A DNA stretch of 64,000 bases. Source: Octopus sinensis (taxonomy: Eukaryota). The translations under genes were made by a program, and so were the position numbers. Within the stretch, counting starts at the first letter, position 1. The number at the start of each line of letters is the position of its first letter. This document shows, one piece after another, positions 1 to 12,569 of this stretch. A model generated the notes under the pieces. That model had not been told where the DNA came from. It searched no databases and saw nothing but the letters and a program-made list of their open reading frames with translations. The DNA is taken from assembly GCF_006345805.1 (NCBI RefSeq), contig NC_042997.1, positions 23,250,001-23,314,000 on the forward strand, in the 5' to 3' direction.

Positions 1-1479
1 GTAAGAATTCTATACAATTTGTCCAGTGTTAAGCATAAAAGGTGTAGTGGAATCACAGGTTGGCTAACAGAAAAGAAAAAAATTCATATGCAACAGGTGC
101 ACATGGGTAGTAAGTACTGAGAGTAGACAGAAAATAGATTTTTCCCTGTACCCAGATTGCTCCTGAGAAGTAGTTAATAGCTCTTGTTACCTAGAAGACC
201 TAAATAACAGTGGAGAAAGGTATTCTGGATGTATAGTAGTCAGAGTAAGAATTAGCAGGAAAAAGGTCAGGATATGTAAAGAATGCAAGATGCAACAACA
301 AGCATGCTCTAAATAAATTCTTCCTTATCATCTTTGTTCCCACCTACCTCATATGAGGATTGGTCTTCTTGGTAATCAGTGGCATCAATAGGAAGTAATT
401 AGTAGAAAACTGAAATCCTCAGATATGAGAAAACAGCTACTGCCAACACTATATAAAATCACCTACACACACACTCATTCACATTATAATTTACATATAG
501 AGATATATTCACTTGTGTGTGTGTGTATAAACAGACATCAACATCGACAATTTGTATATAATCACCATTCTACATCTGCTTCCTATGTTGACATGAGCTG
601 GACAAGTTATCCCAGTTTGAGTCAGTTTTTATTCAGAACTTTCCTAAACAGGTTGGAGGAAAACATCTCACATAGACATTCCATTTTTGGCATGGTTTCT
701 ACAGCTGGCTGCTTTTCTAGCACCATTCAACTTTTGGACTATATTGGGTGTACTAGAAGCTGTCGTGTCCTTGGCAAGATTAAGGGTTTTCTTAATTTTA
801 CATTGTTTCCTCATGCTCACCAATCACTTTACAGAATATATCAGTTGCATGGTACCAACACTTGTGGAACTGCTTGTAAATCCCACATGTAAGGAGTCCT
901 CATTACCTTGTTTCTCTTTATTCAAGAGGTGACTGAGTGAGTTGATAAGAAAAAGAGTAGTGAACCAGAGTGAGAGTCAAGAAAAACAAGTGAACGGTGA
1001 AAACAGAGTAATTGAGGTGAGACAGCAGTAAAGAAAGAAGAAATGGAAGAGAGACAGTGATTGCAGTTACATGCTTGCTGGAAGAGTGAGAGTTAATGAT
1101 GTATAGTAATGGAGACAGGTGAGGATGAAAATGACGGCAGAGAGGGAGTGATGGCAAGGTGTTCAGAAGGGTGAGGATTAGTATATGAGTACATCCAATG
1201 CAATCCCATGTTACACAGACATCTGAAGGGAGAGAGAGATTGAGTAATAAGGAAGGTGGAGGTGGGTGTTGAAGATGGAAAATCCAATGCTATCCTTTGA
1301 TATATGTGTGGGAAAGTACAATGAATAGGATAGAGTGTGATAGAGAGGTGGGAGGGTATTGAAGAGGTGGGGGAGTGTGACAGCAGCTGAAGACTTTTCA
1401 GGAACATAATGTTTGTGAGAGATCATATGTAGATATATTATACAACTCAACCTCTATCACTAATACAGTAAGTTGGTCT

Positions 1480-1735
1480 ACCTAAATCTCAACCAAGCCC
1501 CAAGTAGTAGTGACTCTACAGATAGTTAAAGGGAACAGCCAACTGCTGCTGAAATCCTAAGTAGAGATTTGGACCTTTCCTTTTTCTATGTTTCTGACGA
1601 AGAGCTCCACTTGAAACGTTAAATCCTCCTTTCTTTCCTTTCCTGAGCGTCCAATAACACTATACTTGTTCCACATCCTCGCATTGTTGTGTTTTCTCTT
1701 TGTTCATGTTTGGATTAACTATATATATATATATG
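1480..1735 (+). mobile_element. Probable Penelope-like terminal fragment with a decayed hammerhead-like core
   Basis: CTGACGA-agagctccactt-GAAACGTTA at 1594-1621, followed by a pyrimidine-rich tail and (TA)n. Confidence 0.4.
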
Positions 1736-2799
1736 GTTATCTAAAATCCATGAGTCAACAAAAACAAGCATTCATATATTAATTAATAGAGTGGATATAT
1801 TATTAATAGATACAATAAGGCATCGAGCTGGAAGAATTGTTAGCATGCTGGGCATTACAGAGTAACTAATGGGGTGCTCCAATGTTTATATTCGTAGTGC
1901 AGTTAGCCAGTATGCTAGGGAAAGGTCTGTGCTAATGGGGTCAAGCCAGATAGAGAAAGCTCTTTAGTATGATCGTTTTCTCAATCAAGCAGAGCCTGCA
2001 TCTCCTACTGCTGTTAAAGTAAGGTTTACACTTTTCCAATAACCTCTACTAGATATCATAATGTGAAGCATTTTTCTTCAATGTCTTTATGTGGTTTACT
2101 ATAGATGTAACATTTATCTCTCTAAGATATTAAAAAGGAGTGGGGGTTGTTGAATCTGGTCCTGAAAGACCAATCACATCCACATATTTTCACACATCCA
2201 TCACTTCATTGGGCTCCTTTGATGCCTCTTCCAACTCATACACAATGATTTCGGTATTGCAATGGTAGTTAAGTGGACATATGGACATTACATCTGTTTC
2301 AGGTTTGGACCTACCTGGTAATATTCTTTTTATGCTAGGAGCATAGCTAAAAGATGCAGTCAAGATGAGTCTGTTAAATATTTTCCTGTATCTGTGTTTA
2401 GGGGCAGTGTTTATTAATTAAACCCAGGAAGATTCAGCCTACACAAGACTTTAAGTTCATAGAAAATAGAAGTGTAAACCATGAAGTGGCATTTTCTCTT
2501 ATTGGGTTTAGGAACAGGCATATACCTAATCTTATTCTTAAAACTAGTATAGAGCTGAAGCATGAAAAATATCCCTACTCAAAGATAGGTTGGAAATTTT
2601 CCTGTTAATTATGGCAAACCCACAGACCAGATGTGACACTTTCAGATCTCCTGTGACAAAGACCCCACACCATATTATTCTTTTCGGCATTTTCTGAAGA
2701 TTGCCAGAGTTATCTCAACTCTCAGTATGAAACCAATTGGTAAAGTAGCTGACATGAGAATTTTGTAATTTAATAATAATGATATCAAATTTTGACAGA

Positions 2800-2994
2800 A
2801 GACCAGCAAGTTCAGAGAAAGGAATGAGTTGATTACATCGACCCCAGTGCTGAATCAATACTTATTTTATCAACCAAGAAAAGACGAAAGGCAAAGTTCA
2901 TCTCAGAGGAATTTGAACTCATAATGTAAAGACAGATAAAATGCTGCTAAGCATTTTATCTGGCATGTTAACAATTCTGCCAGCTCGTTGCCTT
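2800..2994 (-). mobile_element. tRNA-derived SINE, family A (head ggcggcgagctggcagaa; core gcctttcatcctttcggggtcgataaa)
   Basis: Same consensus recurs at about 3625-3801(-), 19021-19251(-), 32410-32640(-), 45975-46330(-), 47306-47540(+), 47854-48085(+), 51274-51505(+), 56320-56520(-), 62515-62705(+). Confidence 0.8.
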
Positions 2995-3049
2995 AATAAT
3001 AATAATAATAATGATGATAATAATAATAATAAAATGATAATAAATGCCC

Positions 3050-3610
3050 CGATGCAGTACCAGGCACTGGCTCTCATGGCTTCCGATCTTAACTGATTGG
3101 AAGTGTTATCATGTACATCATTGTTTTGTCTTAGTATAAAAGATGGGCTATAGCAAATATTCTGCTCAATACCACAGATTTGCTTGTCAGTTGATTGACC
3201 TTAACCAGTTGAGCATGTCCCTTAGTGGCTGACAATATGTGCATCTCTGATCATGAGCAGTAGTAGTTGGGGAGCATCATAGCCATGTGTTGAGAGGGAT
3301 TCTTTAGGGTTTGAATAATTCATCTCTGGTTGTTTCATTCAACATCCTTAAACAACCCTTATTCAGGTACCTTTTGAGCAGGATGGGTTACTCAACCAGA
3401 AAATTCTAACTGGGCCCCACCTGCAAGGTAATGTGCTGTTTACCTTGATATGAGATCACCATGTCGCACACATATGGTTGTGATGCATGTGCCTTGTGTA
3501 CCCTTATCAGAAGAGTAGTCATGATGGGTATACTGGGCTTCGTATATTTTACCCCAGTGTCACTTTGATGGCATGCACTGCTCTCTCACTCAATAATAAT
3601 AATAATAAAC
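3050..3610 (+). mobile_element. Retroposon 3' end with (AAT)n tail, family unassigned
   Basis: Non-coding 550-bp block ending in aataataataat; resembles a recalled octopus interspersed repeat; only one copy in the window. Confidence 0.4.
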
Positions 3611-3914
3611 CTGAAATGTGGAGTGAAGGGGACTAGTCGATTACATTGACTCCAGTGTTTCCCGGTACTTAGTTTTTCGAGCCCGAAAAGATGAAAGGCA
3701 AAGTCGATCTTAGTAGAATCTGAACTCAGATATTGAAGATGAACGAAATGTCGCTAAGAATTCTAACCGGCGTGCTAACGATTCTGCCAGTTCGCCACCT
3801 TAATAATAATAGGCACAAGGACTGAAATTTTGAGGGAGGGGGCTAGTTGATTACATCAACCCCAGTACTTGACTGGTACTTACGTGCATACGTATTTATG
3901 CATGGACATATCTA

Positions 3915-4319
3915 CACACGTGCTCCCCTTGACTTTGTTTCCTCATAATTTCCGGAAAAAAAGTGTATTTTTTTATTTTCCAAATACGCTTCAGGTGGAG
4001 TAGATTCCGATTATATCAGAATTTACACAAACACACAACACTATATCTACTACATAAATCTTGTATTTGTAGAAAAATTTCATTTTAAAAAAATACCCAT
4101 TTTTCAGAAAGTTATAAGAAACAAACCGACACATGAATTTTCCAAAACAACTCTTCCGCTTCCTGAGAAAAAAATATTTCAAAACAAATTCCGATATAAT
4201 CAGAATCTACACCATATGAAGCGTATTTTTATAAGATTTCATTAAAAAATAGCTAAATTTTTAAAATATTCGTTGTTCGTAAAATTATGAGGAAACAAAA
4301 TCGGGGTGGAGCACATGTG
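3915..4319. mobile_element. 405-bp MITE with long TIRs and TA target duplication (Tc1/mariner type)
   Basis: TA|CACACGTGCTCC ... GGAGCACATGTG|TA; ctttgtttcctcataattt pairs with aaattatgaggaaacaaa; inner arms about 3981-4024 and 4187-4230 are near-perfect inverted repeats. Confidence 0.82.
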
Positions 4320-4399
4320 TAAAACTGTTAATCTAGTCCTCATTACTTTTATAAACACTGGAAAGTTCGAAATTTTTCAAAACAAATAGTAACAATTTT

Positions 4400-5740
4400 T
4401 CAAAACAGATAGTAAAATGGGGTTTTGCAGACGTGCTGAAGTAATATTCAATAAAATTAAGCACAATCTATATGTATGTGGTATTATTGGTTATGGCTCA
4501 GTTAGAATTTACATTGGCGTTAGGGATGAAGGAAAAGGATGGTCACGGTTGGAAAGTTGAATGTGTCGAAATTTCATTGGCCATAACGCAAAAGCAAAAT
4601 GAATGAATGAACGTATTCACAAACATTTCTTTCACACCACAAAATCCGGAATATCGGATTTTTTTCTCTCGTACAATCGTAATCTTTCGCTTTTAAAATT
4701 AAAAATGATTTACGAAAACTGACAAAAAAGCGAAAAAATATAAAAAATAAAAGAATTATCACAGGATGCGTGATCCGAAACGATGAAAGAAGGAAATTAT
4801 TAAAATTTCGATTTTTGTCTTTTGCAGAACTACAAGCTACGAAGATTAATACAAAAATCCACGTTACGGTGGGAGTGCTTATCCCAAAATTCCGCCCTTC
4901 TTTTCATCGCAATGAATGAAAATCGGAGTATGGGGGAATTAATGAAATTATTTCAATACGACGGGGGGAAAACGGTGAATTAATTTATAACGGGTTTTAA
5001 AGTGAAAGCTAAATTCGGAGGAAACATACATGACACGCGTACAACGATTCTGTAGGGATTAATAAAACCACCACTTGAAGTGTCTTACTAAGATAGAAAC
5101 AATACGATGTTTACTTTTTTAATCGAACATGCTGAACTTTATTGCTAGTACAGTAAACCACAGTTTTACGTTCCCTATCTCCCAAGATTTGCGATATTTA
5201 AAGTATTCTTCGAGTCTACAAAGTTACATTCTAGTCGTAAGTGAAAGATTTGAAAGTAAAAGTGGGCGAAAGTTAAAAATACGTATATCCGGTAGTTAGG
5301 GTTTTGGGGTTTTGTTACACCGAAAACGGGTGGTGTACATATTCTTTACCTTAAAGGTTTGCATGTAGGTTTCATTCGTTTCCGTATGTAGTGATCTTAT
5401 TCATTAGTTTCTTTAGCGGGAAAATAACACCATGTTCAGTCAGGTGAATCAAATATTGTCATTAACTATGATCAGGAAAAATTGGCTCGTAACATAAACA
5501 TGTGAGCTTTAAAGTGAGAACTGTTGACTGATACTATTATTATTTATTAAGAAAAAGATGGATAAAATTAAATTCATACATAAAAGATTTCTTTAAATAA
5601 AATACTTATTCAGCTTCGACTCAAAATCTACCCTTGATATATGTATATTTGAACATACGAAGACAAGTCGAATAATTGTGGGCGTTGCTGAGGGTTATAC
5701 AAGAAAATATTTTTTTTACCATACACCCAGTGGCATTGTG

Positions 5741-5771
<31 letters not shown>

Positions 5772-6350
5772 GGAATATATAAGCACGAAAATACAGAAGA
5801 TACCTTAGAAATGCTCTTGCAAACTAGCTTCTTGAAAGGTTTCTAATTAAGGAAGTCGTTGAACCAAGTAAGCTGTCACCTGGATCTGAATGTCCGAATG
5901 AATATACACAGAACACACACATTACACATATAAGCAATTCTATGTAAGATGCAGGCTTTATTTTTTTCATAGCCATATACCAAGAGGCAATGAAGAAACT
6001 ATTCATCTATAAAAACGATAATTTAAAAAGAAAAAAACAACATTATTGTAGGCAATAGGTATGATTTTTTCTTTCGAACAAGAATAAAAAAATAAAGAGG
6101 GCATTTTTTTTTTTTTTTTTTTGCACTCTCCTCAAAAGACTTACAATGTGGCTTCCAACATTTTGTGCACTTTCAATGACACATGTCAGAGGAATTGTAT
6201 CGTCCAAAACTTTACTGCTGTGATTGGTCTCGAACACGGCCATAACACGTCAGTGCTGCGAATGCGAAAAAAAAAACTGCTTTTCTGGCTCGATACTATT
6301 TTTATGGTAGATAACACTTTACTCAGACACGAAGTTTTTTTGTTTCAAGC
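4400..6350. promoter_or_regulatory. CpG-retaining, repeat-poor island; candidate promoter region
   Basis: Hand count about 39 CpG in 4560-5340 versus about 5 in 17760-18960; no recognisable SINEs inside. Confidence 0.5.
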
Positions 6351-6805
6351 AGTAAGTTTACAATGAAAATAATTAACAATAAAAATATGATCACAATTAA
6401 TGAAGGAGGTGGGGGGTTAATGAACAATAAATAGCGTTAATGTATATGCCAAGACAATCCAAGCTCTGCTGCAATTGTTGTCGTCATCTTGTTGACACCG
6501 GATTCAAAACAAAAACATACAGCAAGCTTGTACTGTACTCGAGATAATGACAACCATCTACACAAAAGACTTTCATCTGAATGACATTGTTTTATTTTAT
6601 TTTTCACCCTCATTTTTGTTCAATTTCTCTTAATGTAATTTCATTTACTGTTGTGCTGTGCTTTTTTTTTCTTTCTTTCTAAATTTACATTGTTTTGATA
6701 TTGTTGGTGTATGACAATAATTTTTGTTAAAAAAGAACGGAATAATCTTACAAAATGCTTTAAATATTTCTGCAGCAAAAATACAGTGGAATATAATAAT
6801 ATTCT

Positions 6806-7192
6806 ACTCTTTTACTCTTTTACTTGTTTCAGTCATTTGACTGTGGCCATGCTGGAGCACCGCATTTAGTCGAGCAAATCGAACCCAGGACTTATTCTTT
6901 GTAAGCCTACTACTTATTCTATCGGTCTCTTTTGCCGAACAGATAAGTTACGGGGACGTAAGCACACCAGCATCGGTTGTCAAGCGATATTATGGTGGAC
7001 AAACACAGAAACACACACACACACACACGACGGGCTTCTTTCAGTTTCCGTCTACCAAATCCACTCACGAGGCTTTGGTTGGCCTGTGGCTATTGTAGAA
7101 GACATTTGCCCAATGTGCCACACAGTGGGACTGAACTCCGAACCATGTGGTTCATAAGTAAGCTACTTACCACACAGCCACTCCTATGCCTA
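6806..7192 (-). mobile_element. tRNA-derived SINE, family B (internal (TG)n, (AAAGAGT)n tail)
   Basis: Head ggcataggagtggctgtgtggtaagtagc and B-box-like ggttcagtccca; partial copy at about 7920-8075. Confidence 0.85.
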
Positions 7193-8620
7193 CTGTTACA
7201 AATAAAATATAAATTTAACAGAATTTAAAACAGGATTTTAAAACATCGTTTTGCATGAATTACTTTTTGAATATAAAGTTATGACACCAAAATTCTGCTT
7301 TTCAAATGTAATGAAAATGTAAACAGGTTTTTAAAAAAAAATCTGTGAAATAAAATAGTTGTTTGTTGGAGTGGAAAATCCCCAAATACCCCACCCTAAA
7401 CAGCTTGATCAAGTCAATATTTCTCTCTAAGTAAAATTCATATACAGAAATACAAATAAATAATGAAAAAGTATAGAGAATCCTTAAATCCTTAAAAATG
7501 TTTCAGCTTGAAAGCTGAAGCCATGTTGGGGCACCACCATTGAATGAGCTACACTAGTATGTGAAACTACCTCTTATACGTGGCACTTGGTCAACAAGGG
7601 AGTTCGACACTGCTGCCTGACTCTGAGTAGGATAATCTATATTCATGCCCGTGTTGGTAGAGTAGTCTGAAGTTGATATTTAGTCCCAAGACAATTCTGA
7701 TCAAGCAGGCTTATGATTTAAAGGTATTCTAGCTGTGACCATCCAGTCTTTTTATCTTTTTCAGACATAATATATCTAGGGTCATATTATCTGCCTGCAT
7801 CTTTTCTTTAAGAGAGAATCTTTAATCTTTCACTTCCAATCGCTAGATTGTTCTCACACTCAGGCATTGCCTTGAAGGATTTTAGTTGAAAACACATTGA
7901 CCTCAGCATTGACAATTTTTTTCAGTCGGGTACTTATCCTATCAGTCTCTTTGGCTGAACTGCCAAGTTACAGGGAAATAAACAAACTGACACTGGTTAT
8001 CAAGCAGTTGGGGATATGTGTAACAAAGAGCAACACACACACACACACACACATACACATGCACATACACACACACACACACACACATCATTGTCATAAT
8101 TTAACATCTGTCTTCCATGCTGACATGGTTGGATGGTTTGACAGGAGCTGGTAAGTCAGTAGACTGTACTAAGTTCCACTATATTTGAGCATGGGTTTTA
8201 TGGCTGGATACCCTTCCTAACACCAACCACTTTACAGTGTGGTCTAGGTGTTTTTCATGTGGCATCAATGTCAGTCAGGTCACCAAGTAACTTCCAAGAC
8301 AACAGCTCCTCATGGGGAGTGGGGATATTGAAGGAGGCTGCTTTGTGCCAGGTGATGAGAGGTTAGTGTATGACAGAGGAACAGAAACAAGTGTTTTGCT
8401 GTAGAGGACAAATATACGGTTACCCCAGTTGGGTAAAGAGAAAGCTGGAAAAAGAAAGAGGGAGAGAGAGAAAGAGAGCAAGAGTAAGAGTGAGCAACAA
8501 CGATGGTGGTGATGTGTTAGCACATATTCTCAAAGTACAAGGATATGAATATAAATGAAATGGTAGAGAGTACATGAGAAGTGAGTTCATAAGTTCATAT
8601 ATACATGTGTATATATACAT

Positions 8621-9631
8621 ACTAGCATTATGACCCGTCGTTGCCGGGTTATAGTGCTAGTGCATGTATATATGTGTACATATTACATGTACATCTATAT
8701 ATATATATATACATCTACACATAAAATACAAAACACAAAGTTATATCTAGATATCGCTAGTGATAACGATACTCAAAATATATAACAGACTGGAATTGTA
8801 GGCCCGTCTCTTGCAATTTCAATCAATTGTATCTTGTCCTCCCTCTTGTATAGAAGTGTGGCTACAATCCAGCCTACCTCAACTTCTGGGGTGGGGGGAT
8901 TTTTAATTTTCATCCAGGACGTCCTACGTCCCAGATATAAAAGTAAAAATAAAATATTTCCACTTTGCAAGTTCGAGTCGAGTACTCCCTTGCACGCTCT
9001 GTTGACTCAAACCTTGCTTCTATTGTGGCGAATTTACCGCCTCTGATTAGATATCTTTCATAGTCCCACCAAGACACTTTTCGATGGTGCTTTCCTCCAG
9101 GTGTGAAAAATCTTCTTTCTTCTCTACATTGTATACTTTATACACAATAGTCTTTTCTTTAATTTAATTTTTTATTATCCATCTGGACTATTCCATTTCT
9201 GCATGCTAATCTTATTTTTAATTTATTCCCATTCATGTGAAACCACTTATTCAAGTTAAAGTCATTGATGTAATTTTATACCAATTGCTATTTTTACTTT
9301 TGTTATGTTACGATTATTTTATACTTTAGTTTGATTTTAATTATTACTTACTACCTATAATTCAATTGTTATTATTATTTTTATTGTTAAAGTGAAAGTA
9401 TCTGACATAAAATAGAGATATGTTTTTGTTTCACTTTTAACACGTAATACTAAAATAGTGGAGAAGATATGATATTGCTATGGGCTTGCTTTAGGCAAGA
9501 AGTTAAACTTTTTTTTTTGCCCATGAAACTACATGGACCCTAAGTAAGGCATGTGTAAAATTTGAATGAAATTGGTCGTGCAGTTCTCAAGTTTTAGGGA
9601 AACACACAGACAGACAGACATACATTCTCAG
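8621..9631 (+). mobile_element. Non-autonomous Helitron/Lep1-like element with an internal unique segment
   Basis: Starts actagcattatgacccg like the element at 55258; ends aaatttgaatgaaattgg...acagacagacagac as in Lep1-type elements; linkage of the two ends is inferred. Confidence 0.45.
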
Positions 9632-9632
9632 T

Positions 9633-9638
9633 TGATGA

Positions 9639-9672
<34 letters not shown>

Positions 9673-9701
9673 GGTGTGGTGGTGGTGGTGATGGATGATG
9701 G

Positions 9702-9763
<62 letters not shown>

Positions 9764-9795
9764 GAGGAGGAGGAGGAGGAGGAGGAGGAGAAGAA
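9633..9795 (+). repeat. Compound triplet microsatellite (GAT)n(GGT)n(GAT)n(GAG)n
   Basis: Read directly from the sequence. Confidence 0.95.
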
Positions 9796-10763
9796 GGAAT
9801 TAATCAGAGTAAGAGGTTAAGTTTACCATCTAAGTAGATCTTGGTGGTATTTGAACTCAGAACACAAAAGACAAGAATGTCATTTGGTCTGATGCTCTCA
9901 CATTTTCATCAATCTGCTGCTTTAGACCGATGTGTACTTTTCTTATTGAACACTGAAAGAGTAAAAGCAAAGTTGACCTTGAAGGGATATGAACTTGGAG
10001 GACAGAAAGCTGAAACAAATACCATGAAGGTTTGGTTTGTTTGTAGAGCAAGCAATTTATGAAAACTATCAATTTATTCTTTCATAAATCAGTTGGAGAA
10101 CTGTCACACTGGAATTTTTTAAAATTATTCTTTTATTGTTTCAAACAAACATAAGGACCTATGATTTTGGTTTATTTACTGACATCAAATTTAACTACCA
10201 AGTTGATCATAGATGTAAACTAGTCTTATTTCACCTGTTTTTGCCACACCAACTATTGTACTACCTATCTCATGAAGATATGTTTCTGTAAGCATTCAAA
10301 AGCTGTATTTTAACTCACTCTGTGTAAACCTCGTCTGCTTGAGCACCACTATACCATTATCATGAATATTATCTTGAGAGACTTCAGAGGTAAACACAGA
10401 TATGGATTAACCCAAAATGTTTTCCCATTCAAGGCCTTTTATATGCTGATTATACTAAACTATATTTACCTTATCATTCATAATGTTAAAAAAAATGTTA
10501 CTCTATCTTGTTACACCTATGAGCATGGTCTTCTACCACAATGTCACATCAGTTCTAATACTTTACACCAGTCATAATTTTGGCTATTATTCACCTAACT
10601 CTGCTCATCTTTTGAGAATGTTATCTTGTTTTGTGGACAACAGATATATTGTCCTTGCATTTTGGTACTAAATTACTCAATTGAATTCCTGCTCTGTAGA
10701 ATGTTTTACCCCAAATGTATTTTAAGAATAACTTACATTCTTCAATTGTAATAATTATATGTG

Positions 10764-11175
10764 TAGGCATAGGAGTGGCTGTGTGGTAAGTAGCTTGGTT
10801 ACGAACCACATGGTTCTGGGCTGACTCCCACTGCATGGTACCTTGGGCAAGTGTCTTCTACTATAGCTTCAGGCCCACCAAAGCATTGTGAGTGGATTTG
10901 GTAGACGGAAACTGAAAGAAGCCCGTCGTATATATGTATATGTGTGTGTGTGTGTGTGTGTATGTTTGTGTGTCTGTGTTTGTCCCCGCAACATCGCTTG
11001 ACAACCGATGCTGGTGTGTTTATGTCCCCGTAACTTAGCAGTTCGGCAAAAGAGATCAATAAAATAAGTACTAGGCTTACAAAGAATAAGTCCTGGGGTC
11101 GATTTGCTCGACTAAAGGTGGTGCTCCAGCATGGCCACGGTCAAAAGACTGAAACAAGTAAAAGTGTAAGAGTAT
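10764..11175 (+). mobile_element. SINE family B, full length
   Basis: Head to gaaacaagtaaaag tail matches the other B copies. Confidence 0.88.
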
Positions 11176-11349
11176 ATATATTTTATAGCTATTTGTACTG
11201 TGTGCCTTCTGTCAATATGGATGTGATTGATGATGATGATGATGATGAACGACACTGATCAATAAAAACAGGGGAAAAAAACCCCACTAAAACTTATTTG
11301 AGAAGATATCATCTCAAATGGCCTAAAAGAGTTGGATCTTGTATCTATC

Positions 11350-11592
11350 TCTCTCTTTTACTCTCTTTTACTCTTTTACTTGTTTCAGTCATTTGACTGT
11401 GGCCATTTGACTGTGGCCATGCTTGTGGCCGCCTTTAATCGAGCAACTCGACCCCGGGACTTATTCTTTTGTAAGCCCAGTACTTATTCTATCAGTCTCT
11501 TTTTGCCGAACCGCTAAGTGACGGTGACATAAACCCACCAGCATCGGTTGTCAAGCAATGCTAGGGGGACAAACACAGACACACAAACACAT

Positions 11593-11623
<31 letters not shown>

Positions 11624-11795
11624 CATATATACGACAGGCTTCTTTCAGTTTCCATCTACCAAATCCACTCACAAGGCATTGGTCGGCCCGGGGCTATAGC
11701 AGAAGACACTTGCCCAAGATGCCATGCAGTGGGACTGAACCCGGAACCATGTGGTTGGTTAGCAAGCTACTTACCACACAGCCACTCCTGCGCCT
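11350..11795 (-). mobile_element. SINE family B, full length, inverted relative to the 10764 copy
   Basis: Reverse complement of the B consensus; internal duplication of catttgactgtggc near 11390-11420. Confidence 0.88.
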
Positions 11796-12569
11796 ATCTG
11801 ATGCAGAATTTTTCAATTTATACGAGTACTTGATACCAGTCATCTCAATGATATCTAGCAAATCCATAGACACATATGTGGATCTGTATTTGTTTTGTTT
11901 CATAGAATGAAGATATGGGCAAAAGTAGTGGAAGTTAATCCCAGGATTCTGATCTTTACAAAGCAGATGACAAAGGAAAGCACCAAAAGGCAGGACATCG
12001 GTAATATAGATATAAAATGATGATGATGATGATGATAGTGGTGGTGATGATGATGATGATTAGTCTTTTTTCCTGCTGGCATAGATGACTTGCATTTTTT
12101 TCTTCCTTTGCTTCTATTATTGAAGAATGGCTCCTATGTACTATAAAATCTTTCCTACAATGTGACCTGGACACAGTGTATTAATGGATTGCTAACTGAC
12201 AACTCAAGCTGACTGTAGACAAATGCACTATTATACATTTTGGAAGGAAAAAATCTGAAATTTACCTATTTCCTTCACAACACCATACTTAAGGAGTCTG
12301 CTAGTGAATGTAGCCTTAGCATTATTGTCAACAAAGATCTGTGTTAGATGAACCACATTTCTAAAACTGTCAAGAAAAGTTGAAATTGTTTTAGCATCCC
12401 TCAGTAAGATATTAAAGCTATATATATACATTGATAATTTGCATCTCCTGTCTGTAATTTCCCTCTTTGTCCAGAATGTTGATCTATTGGAAGATGTCTA
12501 GACATGTACAATAAATATCTTCTTTCAGTCAGCATATCTCAGATATCGACACACTAAAACTTCAATATA

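Noticed and set aside
425-892. 155-aa ORF
   Set aside because: No recognisable motif; the minus strand matches a decayed family D/RTE 3' sequence, and the start runs through CA/TG repeats.
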